Shown: piece after piece, positions 8,666 to 19,069 of the stretch
Position numbering within the stretch: position 1 is the first letter of the stretch
Layout: each line of letters starts with the position of its first letter
Source of the DNA: a virus
Virus record (IMG/VR): IMGVR_UViG_3300027967_000093
Strand: one strand, 5' to 3'
Length of the DNA stretch: 64,000 bases
Notes under the pieces: generated by a model
Database searches by the model: none
What the model was told of the DNA's origin: nothing
The model's input: only the letters and a program-made list of their open reading frames with translations
Program-made: the position numbers and the translations under genes

Positions 8666-9661
8666 ATGAAATTAAGTAAGAGTACTAAACACAGCGAAGT
8701 CACAGGACAACTTGCTAACTTAACGGGTACAATCCGTATCCAAGAAATAATCGATGCAATTCTTCGTATCGAAAACTTCAAGTCTAAAACCCTAGATGGT
8801 ATGACCACAATTGCAAAATACAATCCTAATGAAGAAGGAGTTGTTGCAATAGATGAAATTTGGGTTGATATGACGTATCAACGTATTGTGCGTCTGAAGA
8901 AACTCATCAACAAACTTCAAAAAATGAATGGTTTTGATCCATACTCCGCTGGAGTGGTGGACATCGCAATCCGTCCGTCTCAGAAGAAGTTTTGTTGGGA
9001 TGGTCTCCGCCGTATCATCATGGCTGGACTTTGTGGATTGACGCACATCAAGACTTCACAGTTGGTGCATAAACAGTTTATGACTGATCTGGAATGTCAG
9101 AAAGAGGAAGCTCGTTACTTCAAGTCACGTAATGCTGATAACGAGTCCATGAAACAGGAAGAGATTTTCAAGTCCGAAGTTGTCTACGGAGACAAGGACG
9201 CTCTTGAACTACTGGATCTTTTCAAGAACTGTGAACTTGACGTAGAAGGACTAAATCCATCCGGCAAGTCTTTGGGTGGGTTTGTCGAGGTGAAGACCAA
9301 CTACTTCCGAAAGGATGGTATTGCAGAGGAATACTTTATAGAGTCTTCTAATATCATTCGAGAAGTGTATGATAAGGAACCTACGGTGTCTGGTTATCTG
9401 CTCACAGGACTCGCATACTTATTGATGAAAAACGAAGATGTCGATCATTCATATGACAGAGAAGAGATTCTGGAATATTTGAAAAAATATAAGAGTGTCA
9501 ATCCCAAACAGACTAATCTAATTAAAGGGCGTTTAGCTGGAAATGCCCGTGCAAGTATCGCTTACTTGATTACAAGACGTGCTTTAAATGACAACAATGG
9601 TTTATTGTCTTCCTTTGGTTTGGACAATGAAACTATGGAAGTCATAGATCAGGCGGCATAA
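8666..9661 (+). CDS. hypothetical protein with ParB/Srx-like N-terminal domain
   Basis: VDMTYQR and WDGLRR resemble ParB-like YQR...DGxHR motifs. Confidence 0.5.
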   Translation: MKLSKSTKHSEVTGQLANLTGTIRIQEIIDAILRIENFKSKTLDGMTTIAKYNPNEEGVVAIDEIWVDMTYQRIVRLKKLINKLQKMNGFDPYSAGVVDIAIRPSQKKFCWDGLRRIIMAGLCGLTHIKTSQLVHKQFMTDLECQKEEARYFKSRNADNESMKQEEIFKSEVVYGDKDALELLDLFKNCELDVEGLNPSGKSLGGFVEVKTNYFRKDGIAEEYFIESSNIIREVYDKEPTVSGYLLTGLAYLLMKNEDVDHSYDREEILEYLKKYKSVNPKQTNLIKGRLAGNARASIAYLITRRALNDNNGLLSSFGLDNETMEVIDQAA

Positions 9662-9664
9662 ATT

Positions 9665-10213
9665 ATGAACCATGTGAATCAACAACTCAAAACACAGTGG
9701 GGTTCATACTCGGATCGTCAAGATAGTTTTGACGATTCCGAGGACATCTCTCGATTCATTACAATGGTCGGTGAGAGTCATCCCCTCAAAAAATATATTA
9801 AAAACTTCATAGGGTCGGGGGACTATGAATGGGTTCCTCATCCTGATGGTATTTATGGAGTTGACCTTGCACTTGTAGAGAAGGTTACTGATAGACGCAT
9901 AGTGAACTTCGACCTAGAACGGTGGAGTGCGTGGAAGTCTGATTGGCCTCATTTCTATAAGGCGATTCACTTCCTTGGACGAAAGGAGAAGTTCCTTAAT
10001 AAAGGTGTTCCTTTCCTCATGTGTTATCTGAACTATAACCGTGACCGAGTTCTGATTGTAGACGAAGACATTATTAAGAAATATCCTACAGTCGATACTC
10101 ATTTCAAAAAGAAGAACGTCACTGATACACTCAAAAAGATTCCCCTAACTCTAGGGAATATCTTTGGTAAATACTCAGAGACCGAAAGCATATTATTTCA
10201 AACGGGGGATTGA
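9665..10213 (+). CDS. hypothetical protein, possibly PD-(D/E)xK-like
   Basis: YGVDL...FDLER...W pattern; weak. Confidence 0.4.
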   Translation: MNHVNQQLKTQWGSYSDRQDSFDDSEDISRFITMVGESHPLKKYIKNFIGSGDYEWVPHPDGIYGVDLALVEKVTDRRIVNFDLERWSAWKSDWPHFYKAIHFLGRKEKFLNKGVPFLMCYLNYNRDRVLIVDEDIIKKYPTVDTHFKKKNVTDTLKKIPLTLGNIFGKYSETESILFQTGD

Positions 10214-10238
10214 CATCCCCCTTTCTTTTTGTTATACT
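10204..10238 (+). terminator. terminator hairpin overlapping the gp43 promoter
   Basis: GGGGGAT-TGAC-ATCCCCC plus T tract; TTGACA (10210-10215)-17-TATACT (10233-10238). Confidence 0.75.
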
Positions 10239-10266
10239 ATATACATTATCCTAAAGAAGTGAGTCT

Positions 10267-12756
10267 ATGTCTAATTTTTATACATCCGTTGTCCGTTTTG
10301 GCAACAAACTTCTGTACCGTGGTTTCGAGAACGGTAAAGAAGTAAAACGCAGAATTCCTTTTAAACCCACTCTGTTTATGTCCGGTACCGCAGAACAATC
10401 TGATGGTTGGACTACACTTGATGGACTACCCGTACAACCAATAACGTTTGACTCTATGACAGAGGCGAAGGACTTCGAGAAACGTTACGAACATGTCTCT
10501 AACTTTACTATTGCAGGTAACACTAACTATGTTGCCCAATTGATTGGTGAAGTCTTTCCCGATAAGATTGACTATGACCGCAGTCTCATCAAGACTGCGA
10601 ACATCGATATCGAGGTTTTCTCTCAGGACGGATTCCCCGAACCTGGCGCGGCCGCATATCCTATTACCGCAATCACTATGCGTCAAGACTGTGGTACGTA
10701 CTGGGTCTGGGGTTGTCAAGACTATACGGTATCTCGTGATGATGTACTCTATATCAAGTGTGACAACGAACTAGACCTACTTCAAAAGTTTGTACGTCAG
10801 TTCGAACAATACGCCCCCAATATTATTACTGGTTGGAACACACGGTTCTTCGATATTCCGTATCTGGTTAACCGTATGACTAAAATTCTCGGTGATGATA
10901 CCATGGCGAAACGTATGTCTCCGTGGGGTCTTATCCGTGAACGTAATACTACCATCAACGGTAAACCCAACCAAGAGTTTGTCCTTGAGGGTATCGAACA
11001 ACTTGACTACCTCGAAGTCTTCAAGAAGTTCACCTACAATACTCTGGGTCAACAAGAATCCTATCGACTAGACCATATCGCCCACGTAGTACTGGGTGAA
11101 CGCAAACTATCCTATGAGGAACATGGTTCTCTGTTTGCCCTGTATGAGAATGACTTCCAGAAGTTCATTGACTATAACATCAAAGACGTTGAGTTGGTAC
11201 ATCTCCTCGATGTTAAACTTGATTTGATTTCATTAATCCTGACCATGGCCTACAAGGCGGGTGTGAACTATAACGATACTCTGGGTACGACTGCTATCTG
11301 GGACACCATCATCTACCGACTTCTGAATAAGAACAAGGTTGCGGTTCCTAAGAAGATTGAGAAACCCAAGACCTCATATCCTGGCGGTTACGTGAAAGAC
11401 CCACAGGTTGGTTCGCACGACTGGGTAACCTCATTCGATTTGGCATCTCTGTATCCTAACATCATTGTACAATACAATATGTCACCCGAGACGGTAATGG
11501 ACGGATTCGTTAACAATGTCTCGGTCGATAAGTTTCTGGACGGTTCGGTTGACCTGACTGACCAGAATCTAGATTATGCTCTTGCACCCACTGGTGTTAG
11601 ATTCGCCCAAGATAAAGAAGGTGTGGTTCCCAAAATCATTAAAATGTATTACTCGGAACGTAGAGTAATCAAGAAGAAGATGTTGGAATGTCAACAGGAG
11701 ATGCAGACTAACCCATCTAAAACTCTAGAGTATACCATAACTTCTCTGAATAATCAACAGATGGCAATTAAAATTCTTATGAATTCACTTTATGGTGCCC
11801 TCGGGAATCGTTGGTTCAGATATTTCGACCAAAGAGTTGCAGAGTCCATTACTCTTGCTGGTCAACTTGCAATCAAATGGGCGGAGAGAGCAGTAAACAA
11901 TGAAATGCAAAAACTTCTTAAAACGGATGAAGACTACGTTGTGGCAATTGACACCGATTCTGTTTATCTTCGTATGGGGGATCTCGTTGATAAGTTTTCT
12001 CCTAGTAATCCGGTAAAGTTTCTCGACAAGATCTGTTCGGAACACTTCGAGAAAATCCTTGTAAAGTCTTATGCGGATATGGCACTAGCGACCAATGCCT
12101 ATGAGAATCGCATGGAGATGGAACGGGAGGTAATCGCAGACCGTGGCATCTGGATGGCCAAGAAACGTTACATCCTGAACGTGCACAATAACGAGGGTGT
12201 CCAGTACGCAGAACCCAAACTCAAGATGATGGGTATCGAGGCAATCAAGTCCAGTACTCCGCAGGTTGTCCGTGACAAGTTCAAAGAGATATTTCGGGTC
12301 ATCGTAGAAGGTACCGAAGTAGACACACAACGATACATTTCGGACTTTAAGTCCCATTTTAAGACCTTACCGCCCGAAGCGGTTTCGTTTCCTCGGGGTG
12401 TATCGGATGTGACCAAATGGTCTGACCGTAAGAGTGTGTACAAGAAAGGTACTCCTATCCACGTGCGTGGTGCGTTGATGTTCAACAAAGCACTCAAGGA
12501 AAGTTCTCTGACCAAACGGTACGAGACTATCAAGAATGGTGAGAAGATTAAGTTTTGTTACCTGAAGATGCCTAATCCAATCGGTGAGAATGTAATCTCT
12601 TATCCACTAAACCTTCCCCGTGAATTGGGACTAGATAAATATATCAATTATGATATGATGTTCAACAAAACATTCCTTGACCCACTCACTCCCATTCTGG
12701 ATGCGGTCGGTTGGGATTCTGAACCTCAGTCATCACTGGAGGACTTCTTTGGTTAA
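10267..12756 (+). CDS. gp43: family B DNA polymerase gp43
   Basis: Exo [34 protein letters not shown]; intact, no intein. Confidence 0.98.
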   Translation: MSNFYTSVVRFGNKLLYRGFENGKEVKRRIPFKPTLFMSGTAEQSDGWTTLDGLPVQPITFDSMTEAKDFEKRYEHVSNFTIAGNTNYVAQLIGEVFPDKIDYDRSLIKTANIDIEVFSQDGFPEPGAAAYPITAITMRQDCGTYWVWGCQDYTVSRDDVLYIKCDNELDLLQKFVRQFEQYAPNIITGWNTRFFDIPYLVNRMTKILGDDTMAKRMSPWGLIRERNTTINGKPNQEFVLEGIEQLDYLEVFKKFTYNTLGQQESYRLDHIAHVVLGERKLSYEEHGSLFALYENDFQKFIDYNIKDVELVHLLDVKLDLISLILTMAYKAGVNYNDTLGTTAIWDTIIYRLLNKNKVAVPKKIEKPKTSYPGGYVKDPQVGSHDWVTSFDLASLYPNIIVQYNMSPETVMDGFVNNVSVDKFLDGSVDLTDQNLDYALAPTGVRFAQDKEGVVPKIIKMYYSERRVIKKKMLECQQEMQTNPSKTLEYTITSLNNQQMAIKILMNSLYGALGNRWFRYFDQRVAESITLAGQLAIKWAERAVNNEMQKLLKTDEDYVVAIDTDSVYLRMGDLVDKFSPSNPVKFLDKICSEHFEKILVKSYADMALATNAYENRMEMEREVIADRGIWMAKKRYILNVHNNEGVQYAEPKLKMMGIEAIKSSTPQVVRDKFKEIFRVIVEGTEVDTQRYISDFKSHFKTLPPEAVSFPRGVSDVTKWSDRKSVYKKGTPIHVRGALMFNKALKESSLTKRYETIKNGEKIKFCYLKMPNPIGENVISYPLNLPRELGLDKYINYDMMFNKTFLDPLTPILDAVGWDSEPQSSLEDFFG

Positions 12757-13288
12757 TTATAAAAAGGTAGAGGGTATTATAAGTAAAGACCTTTGTGAAG
12801 TACTTGCAGGGTCTATTCTTATACTGGAAAATAATACACCCGAAGAACATATGGGAGACAACATAACTCCGGGCGCATTCCAACGTCACGGATACTCCGG
12901 AACAGACTCTCTGTTATTTTATGTGAGACATAAACTAGAAAAGATTGTGGGTAAGAAATTACTACCCACATTTAGTTACTGTAGGGTGTATAGGAATGGT
13001 CACAGACTACCCCAACACCTAGACAGACCTTCATGTGAGTTGGTGATATCTATTAACCTGAAGAACGATGGTGTCCCATGGCCTATAATATTGGGTGCTA
13101 CTTCTCCGGTCGATGTTCATCTAGACCAAGGTGACGGTGTTATATACGAGGGCACTAAAGTTCTTCATACCAGAAAACCATTTGATGGTAATGAACATGT
13201 ACAAGTGTTCTTGTGTTATGTCTATGCAGATGGTGAACATACTCATTTAAAATATGATAAAAGGGTTGACACCTTTGACCCATTTTGA
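12749..13288 (+). CDS. 2OG-Fe(II) oxygenase
   Basis: YCRVY...HLDRPSCE...GDGVIY...HTR; overlaps gp43 stop. Confidence 0.8.
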   Translation: MVNYKKVEGIISKDLCEVLAGSILILENNTPEEHMGDNITPGAFQRHGYSGTDSLLFYVRHKLEKIVGKKLLPTFSYCRVYRNGHRLPQHLDRPSCELVISINLKNDGVPWPIILGATSPVDVHLDQGDGVIYEGTKVLHTRKPFDGNEHVQVFLCYVYADGEHTHLKYDKRVDTFDPF

Positions 13289-13294
13289 TATAAT
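13266..13294 (+). promoter_or_regulatory. sigma70-type promoter
   Basis: TTGACA-17-TATAAT. Confidence 0.8.
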
Positions 13295-13300
13295 GTCCTT

Positions 13301-14245
13301 ATGAATTATGAATTAACTATATTTAAAAATCAGTTTGACAACAAGACTCATCGGAAAATGTCTCTCGAATCGTGGGACAATTTCGTTGACTTGTTGTACG
13401 GGCTGTCTGAACAAGAGGGACAAAAAGGTGGTAGAAATTCTAGTCCTCTTATTACTCCTGCTGTTTTTGAAACCGATAGTACGCGTAGTAATAAGTCTAC
13501 TTTATATTGGGGTGGTTGGTGTTGTGTTGATGTGGATGACCATGTTTATCCTAATGATATTATTTCTTTAAAGGAGCAACTAATTGATGATTTTAGAGAT
13601 TATGACTTTGTTTGTTACAGCACTGCTGGTAGTCGTAGCGACTTTCCTAAGTTTCGTCTCGTATTTCGAACTGACGAAATTATCGAGCGTGAACGAATTA
13701 AAGCGTTCTGGCACGCTATCAACACGCACTTGGGAGACATTGGAGATCCGCAGACGAAAGACCTTGCACGAATGTATTACGTACCTGCTAGGTACCCAAA
13801 TGCTAATAGTTTTATCTTTTATCACAATGGCGGCAATTCACTTAACGTAAGTGAACTGATTGCGAAATATCCTTATGTTGAGAAGACAGGTAATTCTTTC
13901 CTAGATAGATTACCACCAGATATGCAGAAGGCGGTAGTTGCATATCGTAAGAACAGTCTAAATAATACCAACTTCAATTGGGTGTCTTATAGTGATTGTC
14001 CGTTTTGGCCTAGAAGGTTGGGTGCGGAATATCAACAGATTACCGGAACGGGTTGGTATGTCAAGATGTATCAGATTATGGTTGCGGTTGCGGGTAATGC
14101 AGTCAAACAGGGTTATCCTATAACCTCTCAACAGATTGCAAACATGTGTAAAGATTTTGACCGTGACACAGGTAACTGGTACGAAAATCGTCCTCTGACT
14201 GTAGAAGCAGACAGAGCATTAGAATATATTTACAGGAACGGATAA
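13301..14245 (+). CDS. putative AEP-superfamily primase-polymerase-like protein
   Basis: VDVDD (DxD), YSTAGS...PKFRLVF, DPQTKDLARMYYVP, helical C-terminal domain. Confidence 0.6.
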   Translation: MNYELTIFKNQFDNKTHRKMSLESWDNFVDLLYGLSEQEGQKGGRNSSPLITPAVFETDSTRSNKSTLYWGGWCCVDVDDHVYPNDIISLKEQLIDDFRDYDFVCYSTAGSRSDFPKFRLVFRTDEIIERERIKAFWHAINTHLGDIGDPQTKDLARMYYVPARYPNANSFIFYHNGGNSLNVSELIAKYPYVEKTGNSFLDRLPPDMQKAVVAYRKNSLNNTNFNWVSYSDCPFWPRRLGAEYQQITGTGWYVKMYQIMVAVAGNAVKQGYPITSQQIANMCKDFDRDTGNWYENRPLTVEADRALEYIYRNG

Positions 14246-15189
14246 TGAGGAAATATTTAGTAACAGGTGCGGCAGGATTCATCGGGTCTCAACTATGTAA
14301 CAGGTTGAAACAACAGGGTCACTGGGTTATGGGTATAGACAATTACAATGACCATTTATATGACCCTATCCTGAAACATCATCGTGTCGAACACTTTGAT
14401 ATTGATGTATTGGATGTAGATTTGCGTAATCAAGAACAGATGAACGATGTCATCGAAGGTACTAATCCTACAGATATTATTCACCTTGCAGCACATGCCG
14501 GTGTGCGTGATTCGTTTGGTAAAGAAAAACAATATCATGCAAACAACATCGATGGTACTCAGAATCTTATTGACGCATGTAAGAAACATGCACCTGATGC
14601 TCGTATCGTCTATGCGTCAACTTCTTGTGTCTATGCAGGTTCAGAGATTCCGTGGACAGAAGGTAGAGAGACAGGTAAACAACTGAACCCTTATGGTTGG
14701 ACTAAATGGTCTAACGAATGTCAGTTCCAAGGTTCTACTCTGCATACTATTGGTCTGAGGTTCTTTACGGTCTATGGGCCATGGGGTCGTCCTGATATGG
14801 CACTGTTTGATTTCACCAAGAATATACTTGACGGGAAAGAAATAACCGTGTATAATTATGGGGATATGAAGCGTGATTTTACTTACGTGGAAGATATCCT
14901 TGATGGTATTGAAGTTGTACTGAACAATGATATTGATGCAGGTGAGGTCTTTAATATTGGTCGGGGTAAACAAGTTCCTTTGATGAGTTTCATCGAAGAG
15001 ATTGAGAAGAATGTGGGTAAAGATGCAATTAAGAATCTCGCTCCCAAACATCCCGCAGACACTCTAGAGACTTGGGCGAACACCGAGAAACTCCAAGCAC
15101 TTGGTTATGTACCTAAGACCGATGTGAGTGTAGGTGTGAAAGAATTTTATAAATGGTACCAATTGTATAACGAGGTATATAATGGCTGA
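14245..15189 (+). CDS. NAD-dependent epimerase, UDP-glucuronate 4-epimerase-like
   Basis: VTGAAGFIG, HLAAHAGVR, YGWTK (YxxxK), LRFFTVYGPWGRPDMA. Confidence 0.92.
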   Translation: MRKYLVTGAAGFIGSQLCNRLKQQGHWVMGIDNYNDHLYDPILKHHRVEHFDIDVLDVDLRNQEQMNDVIEGTNPTDIIHLAAHAGVRDSFGKEKQYHANNIDGTQNLIDACKKHAPDARIVYASTSCVYAGSEIPWTEGRETGKQLNPYGWTKWSNECQFQGSTLHTIGLRFFTVYGPWGRPDMALFDFTKNILDGKEITVYNYGDMKRDFTYVEDILDGIEVVLNNDIDAGEVFNIGRGKQVPLMSFIEEIEKNVGKDAIKNLAPKHPADTLETWANTEKLQALGYVPKTDVSVGVKEFYKWYQLYNEVYNG

Positions 15190-16129
15190 TGATTTCGACC
15201 AACACGTCCCACAACAGGGTGAGACCGAAAACAAACCACAACCTGTAAGTCCTAATAATCCCCTAAGAATGGGAATTGTAGGACATGGGTTCGTGGGTAA
15301 AGCAGTAGAGTACGCATTCTATCATCCTATGGTAGAACACTTTATTGTTGACCCTAAAGATGGTACAAACATTGACCAGTTGATTGACTGGAAACCACAG
15401 GTGGTCTTTATCTGTGCACCTACTCCGCAGAATGCAGAGACAGGTTTTGTAGATGCGTCTATCGTAGAGGATGCGGTACTCAAACTGACACACCACACTA
15501 ATGCATTTGTTGTTGTCAAATCAACAGTGACACCAGATATCATCGACCGTCTGTACAACTCTATTCGTCCCGAAGACTACGACAGGTTCATCTATAATCC
15601 TGAGTTCCTGACCGAGAAGTCTGCGTGTGAAGATTTTGTTAATGCGGAACATCATGTATTCGGTGGTACTCCTGCTGCGTGTGATGAACTTCAACAAGTC
15701 TATGACATCTTCAGTGCATGTAAGTCAGATAAGTATTATCGAATGTCTGGTTGTGAGGCATCGTTCGTGAAGTATGCGACCAATGCATTCCTTGCAACTA
15801 AACTAACCTTCTTCAATCAATTACGTGATGTGGTGGATTCTTTTGATTGTAGTTACAATATGATTACCCGTGCAATGGGTGCGGACGACCGTATTGGAAT
15901 AAAACATACCAGAGTTCCTGGCCCAGATAAGAAACGTGGGTTTGGTGGTGCGTGTCTTCCCAAGGATACGATGGCACTGTTGAGATTCTCGGAGACTCGC
16001 GGGAAAGATAATAAGTTCGAATTGTTGGAAAATGTATTGACAATCAACAACAAATATCGTATAATATACGAGTTAGATGAACGTGAAAAAGTAAATAATA
16101 TATCATTTGGAGATGAGGAAGACGTATGA
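15182..16129 (+). CDS. UDP-glucose 6-dehydrogenase-like (short, lacks C-terminal domain)
   Basis: GIVGHGFVG, CAPTP, KSTV, NPEFL, KYATNAFLATK, GFGGACLPKD. Confidence 0.88.
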   Translation: MADDFDQHVPQQGETENKPQPVSPNNPLRMGIVGHGFVGKAVEYAFYHPMVEHFIVDPKDGTNIDQLIDWKPQVVFICAPTPQNAETGFVDASIVEDAVLKLTHHTNAFVVVKSTVTPDIIDRLYNSIRPEDYDRFIYNPEFLTEKSACEDFVNAEHHVFGGTPAACDELQQVYDIFSACKSDKYYRMSGCEASFVKYATNAFLATKLTFFNQLRDVVDSFDCSYNMITRAMGADDRIGIKHTRVPGPDKKRGFGGACLPKDTMALLRFSETRGKDNKFELLENVLTINNKYRIIYELDEREKVNNISFGDEEDV

Positions 16130-17193
16130 GTATAATGAATAAATTGAAGAAGAACTCCAAGGTCAAGAGTGCCGAGGTTATGTCAAAGAGTAAGTTCTTC
16201 ACAGAAAAGGATATGGTTTCCACCGATGTACCTATGGTCAATGTCGCATTGTCCGGTTCTATTGACGGTGGTATTACGCCTGGACTGACTGTCCTCGCAG
16301 GGCCATCTAAACACTTTAAGACATCATTTGCACTACTTATGGCTGGTGCATACTTACGGGAGAGAAAAGATGCAGTTATTTTATTCTACGATAGTGAGTT
16401 CGGTTCACCCCAATCTTATTTTGAACAGTTTGGAATTGACACTAGTCGTGTTCTTCACACTCCTATCACGAATGTAGAAGAACTAAAGTTTGACCTTATC
16501 TCTCAACTAGAAGAGATTGACCGTGATGATGAAGTTATCATTGTAATCGATTCTATTGGTAACCTTGCGTCTAAGAAAGAACTTGATGATGCATTGGCAG
16601 AGAAGGGTGTTGCGGACATGTCACGTGCGAAGGCACTGAAGGGTTTGTTCCGTATGTCAACACCATACCTTGCAATGAAAAATATTCCTATGTTGGCTAT
16701 CAATCACACCTATAAAGAGATCGGTCTCTTTCCGAAGGATGTTGTTGGTGGTGGTACTGGTATCTATTATAGTGCCGATACTATCTGGATTATTGGTCGT
16801 AGACAGACGAAGACTGGTACCGAAGTGACTGGTTATGATTTCGTAATCAACATCGAGAAGTCTCGTTACCTCAAAGAGAAGTCTAAGATTCCTATCTCAG
16901 TATCTTGGGATGGTGGTGTCGAGAAGAACTCTGGACTACTTGATGTTGCTCTTGCCGGTGGATATGTTTTCAAACCAAGTAATGGTTGGTACCAACGTGT
17001 AGATAAAAATACCGGAGAACTAGTTGACCCGAAGGTTCGACAGAAAGATACCCTGACCGATGAGTTCTGGGCACCTATTTGGGAATTTACGGACTTTGCA
17101 GACTTTATTAAGAAACAATATCAAATTGGATTGCCAATGCAAGTAGATCCTGATATAATAGTACAAATAGATGGTGAAGATGTAAATGATTAA
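16126..17193 (+). CDS. uvsX: RecA-like recombinase UvsX
   Basis: LAGPSKHFKT, YDSEFG, DSIGNLASKKE, DMSRAK. Confidence 0.96.
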   Translation: MSIMNKLKKNSKVKSAEVMSKSKFFTEKDMVSTDVPMVNVALSGSIDGGITPGLTVLAGPSKHFKTSFALLMAGAYLRERKDAVILFYDSEFGSPQSYFEQFGIDTSRVLHTPITNVEELKFDLISQLEEIDRDDEVIIVIDSIGNLASKKELDDALAEKGVADMSRAKALKGLFRMSTPYLAMKNIPMLAINHTYKEIGLFPKDVVGGGTGIYYSADTIWIIGRRQTKTGTEVTGYDFVINIEKSRYLKEKSKIPISVSWDGGVEKNSGLLDVALAGGYVFKPSNGWYQRVDKNTGELVDPKVRQKDTLTDEFWAPIWEFTDFADFIKKQYQIGLPMQVDPDIIVQIDGEDVND

Positions 17194-17548
17194 TATCGAC
17201 AAGGTGAGTGAAGGGGTTGACTATGAGTTAATCCCTGTTGAATATGTAGATAATGAGGCCGCGTGGGATGTAAGAATCCTGCGTGGTAAATTCTCCGAAA
17301 CTGTACTTCGCTTCGGAACTATCAAGTATGACGGGGAACGTGATTGTCTTACCTTTGACTTTCGCGTTGTCACTTCCCCTGACCCCCACTTGAGTTCTGA
17401 TGATGAAGGTCTTCAAGAATACTCTGGTAGTGTTCTCGAGGATATCCTAGAACGTGGTATTAGTGAGGGATGGGTGTACGGAACTGAGACTAAGGATAAT
17501 GATGGAAATACAATTGGAACAGACGATTCTTCGGAATCTATTGACTAA
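17186..17548 (+). CDS. hypothetical protein between uvsX and gp41
   Basis: Overlap-coupled ORF at the position of T4 gp40. Confidence 0.7.
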   Translation: MINIDKVSEGVDYELIPVEYVDNEAAWDVRILRGKFSETVLRFGTIKYDGERDCLTFDFRVVTSPDPHLSSDDEGLQEYSGSVLEDILERGISEGWVYGTETKDNDGNTIGTDDSSESID

Positions 17549-18896
17549 TGATGGGTATGCACGTAAGGTTGCAGCCTTTCTAGACCCTGATTACTTTGAG
17601 GGGACGTACAAGTCCCTTTTCAAAGAGTTCACCAAGTTTATTGCCAAGTATAATAAACTTCCCACTATGGAATCCTTCAAGATTGAGATTGATGAAGGTA
17701 ATCGATTAAATGATGAACAATACCGACATGCAGTAGAAATCCTACCAAATATCTTTACACCGGAAGCGGAGAACCTTGAATGGTTGTTAGACCGTACCGA
17801 GAAGTGGTGTCAAGACCGTGCGGTCTACAATGCAATCATGGAATCTATTCAAGTAATCGATGGTAAACACCAGACACTTACTAAGAATGCATTACCTGAT
17901 ATCCTGAGTAAGGCACTATCTGTTACTTTTGATACTAACATCGGTCACGATTATATTGATAACATGGAAGGTCGTTTCGACTTCTACCATGAACAAGAAG
18001 AACGTACTCCATTTGACCTTGACCTGTTCAATCAGATTACCAAAGGTGGTTTACCGAACAAGACTCTGAACATTGCACTTGCAGGTACAGGTGTCGGTAA
18101 GTCTCTGTTCATGTGTCACTGTGCGGGTGCAATTCTATCTCAAGGTAAGAATGTGTTGTACATTACCATGGAGATGGCTGAGGAACGTATTGCAGAACGT
18201 ATCGATGCGAACCTACTGAACGTACCTATTGACCAGTTGGAGAATCTATCCAAGGATATGTTCACCCAGAAGGTATTGAATGTTGCACAGAAGACCCAAG
18301 GTAAACTCATCATCAAAGAGTATCCGACCGGACAGGCGAATGCGTCACACTTCCGTGCGTTACTAAATGAGTTGAAACTGAAGAAGAACTTTGTTCCAGA
18401 TATCATCTATATTGATTATCTAAATATCTGTTCATCTTCTCGTATGAAGGCAATGGGTGGTGCAATCAACTCGTATACCTACATCAAGAGTATCGCAGAA
18501 GAACTGCGTGGTCTTGCGGTAGAGTTCGATGTGCCGGTGGTATCTGCGACTCAAACGACCCGTTCTGGTTTCTCTAATGATGACGTTGGACTCGAGGATA
18601 CATCCGAGTCGTTTGGTTTACCTGCTACTGCTGACTTAATGTTTGCATTAATAAGTAACGAAGAGTTGGCAAACAATGGTCAGATACTGGTCAAACAGTT
18701 GAAGAATAGGTACAATGACCCTACTAGTAATCAACGATTTGTTGTTGGTATTGACCGTTCGAAGATGCGTTTATTTGATGTCGACCAAAATAGTTCTCCG
18801 TTGAACCGAGAAGAGGATAATGGCCCTGCATTTGATAATTCAAATTCTGGTCAGAGACTCAAGGCAGAAAATAAATTTGGGGAGTTCAGAGTATGA
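17499..18896 (+). CDS. gp41: replicative helicase gp41
   Basis: LAGTGVGKS, ITMEMAEERIAERIDANL, IDYLNI, SATQTTR, KQLKNRY. Confidence 0.97.
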   Translation: MMEIQLEQTILRNLLTNDGYARKVAAFLDPDYFEGTYKSLFKEFTKFIAKYNKLPTMESFKIEIDEGNRLNDEQYRHAVEILPNIFTPEAENLEWLLDRTEKWCQDRAVYNAIMESIQVIDGKHQTLTKNALPDILSKALSVTFDTNIGHDYIDNMEGRFDFYHEQEERTPFDLDLFNQITKGGLPNKTLNIALAGTGVGKSLFMCHCAGAILSQGKNVLYITMEMAEERIAERIDANLLNVPIDQLENLSKDMFTQKVLNVAQKTQGKLIIKEYPTGQANASHFRALLNELKLKKNFVPDIIYIDYLNICSSSRMKAMGGAINSYTYIKSIAEELRGLAVEFDVPVVSATQTTRSGFSNDDVGLEDTSESFGLPATADLMFALISNEELANNGQILVKQLKNRYNDPTSNQRFVVGIDRSKMRLFDVDQNSSPLNREEDNGPAFDNSNSGQRLKAENKFGEFRV

Positions 18897-19069
18897 CACC
18901 AATCGGACAAACACTATTGACCATGGGGTGTATGCTCCTCGCATTCTGGTGGGGGTATAGAGAAGGTAAACAGAAGGGTATCGAAACAGCAGTAATTTTT
19001 TTCGAAGATAACGATATGTTTAAAGATGGTGCAATTGAATACGAGGACGAAGAGGAAAAAGATGAGTGA
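18893..19069 (+). CDS. small membrane-anchored protein (58 aa)
   Basis: Manual ORF MTPIGQTLLTMGCMLLAFWWGY...; ATGA overlap with gp41. Confidence 0.6.
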   Translation: MTPIGQTLLTMGCMLLAFWWGYREGKQKGIETAVIFFEDNDMFKDGAIEYEDEEEKDE

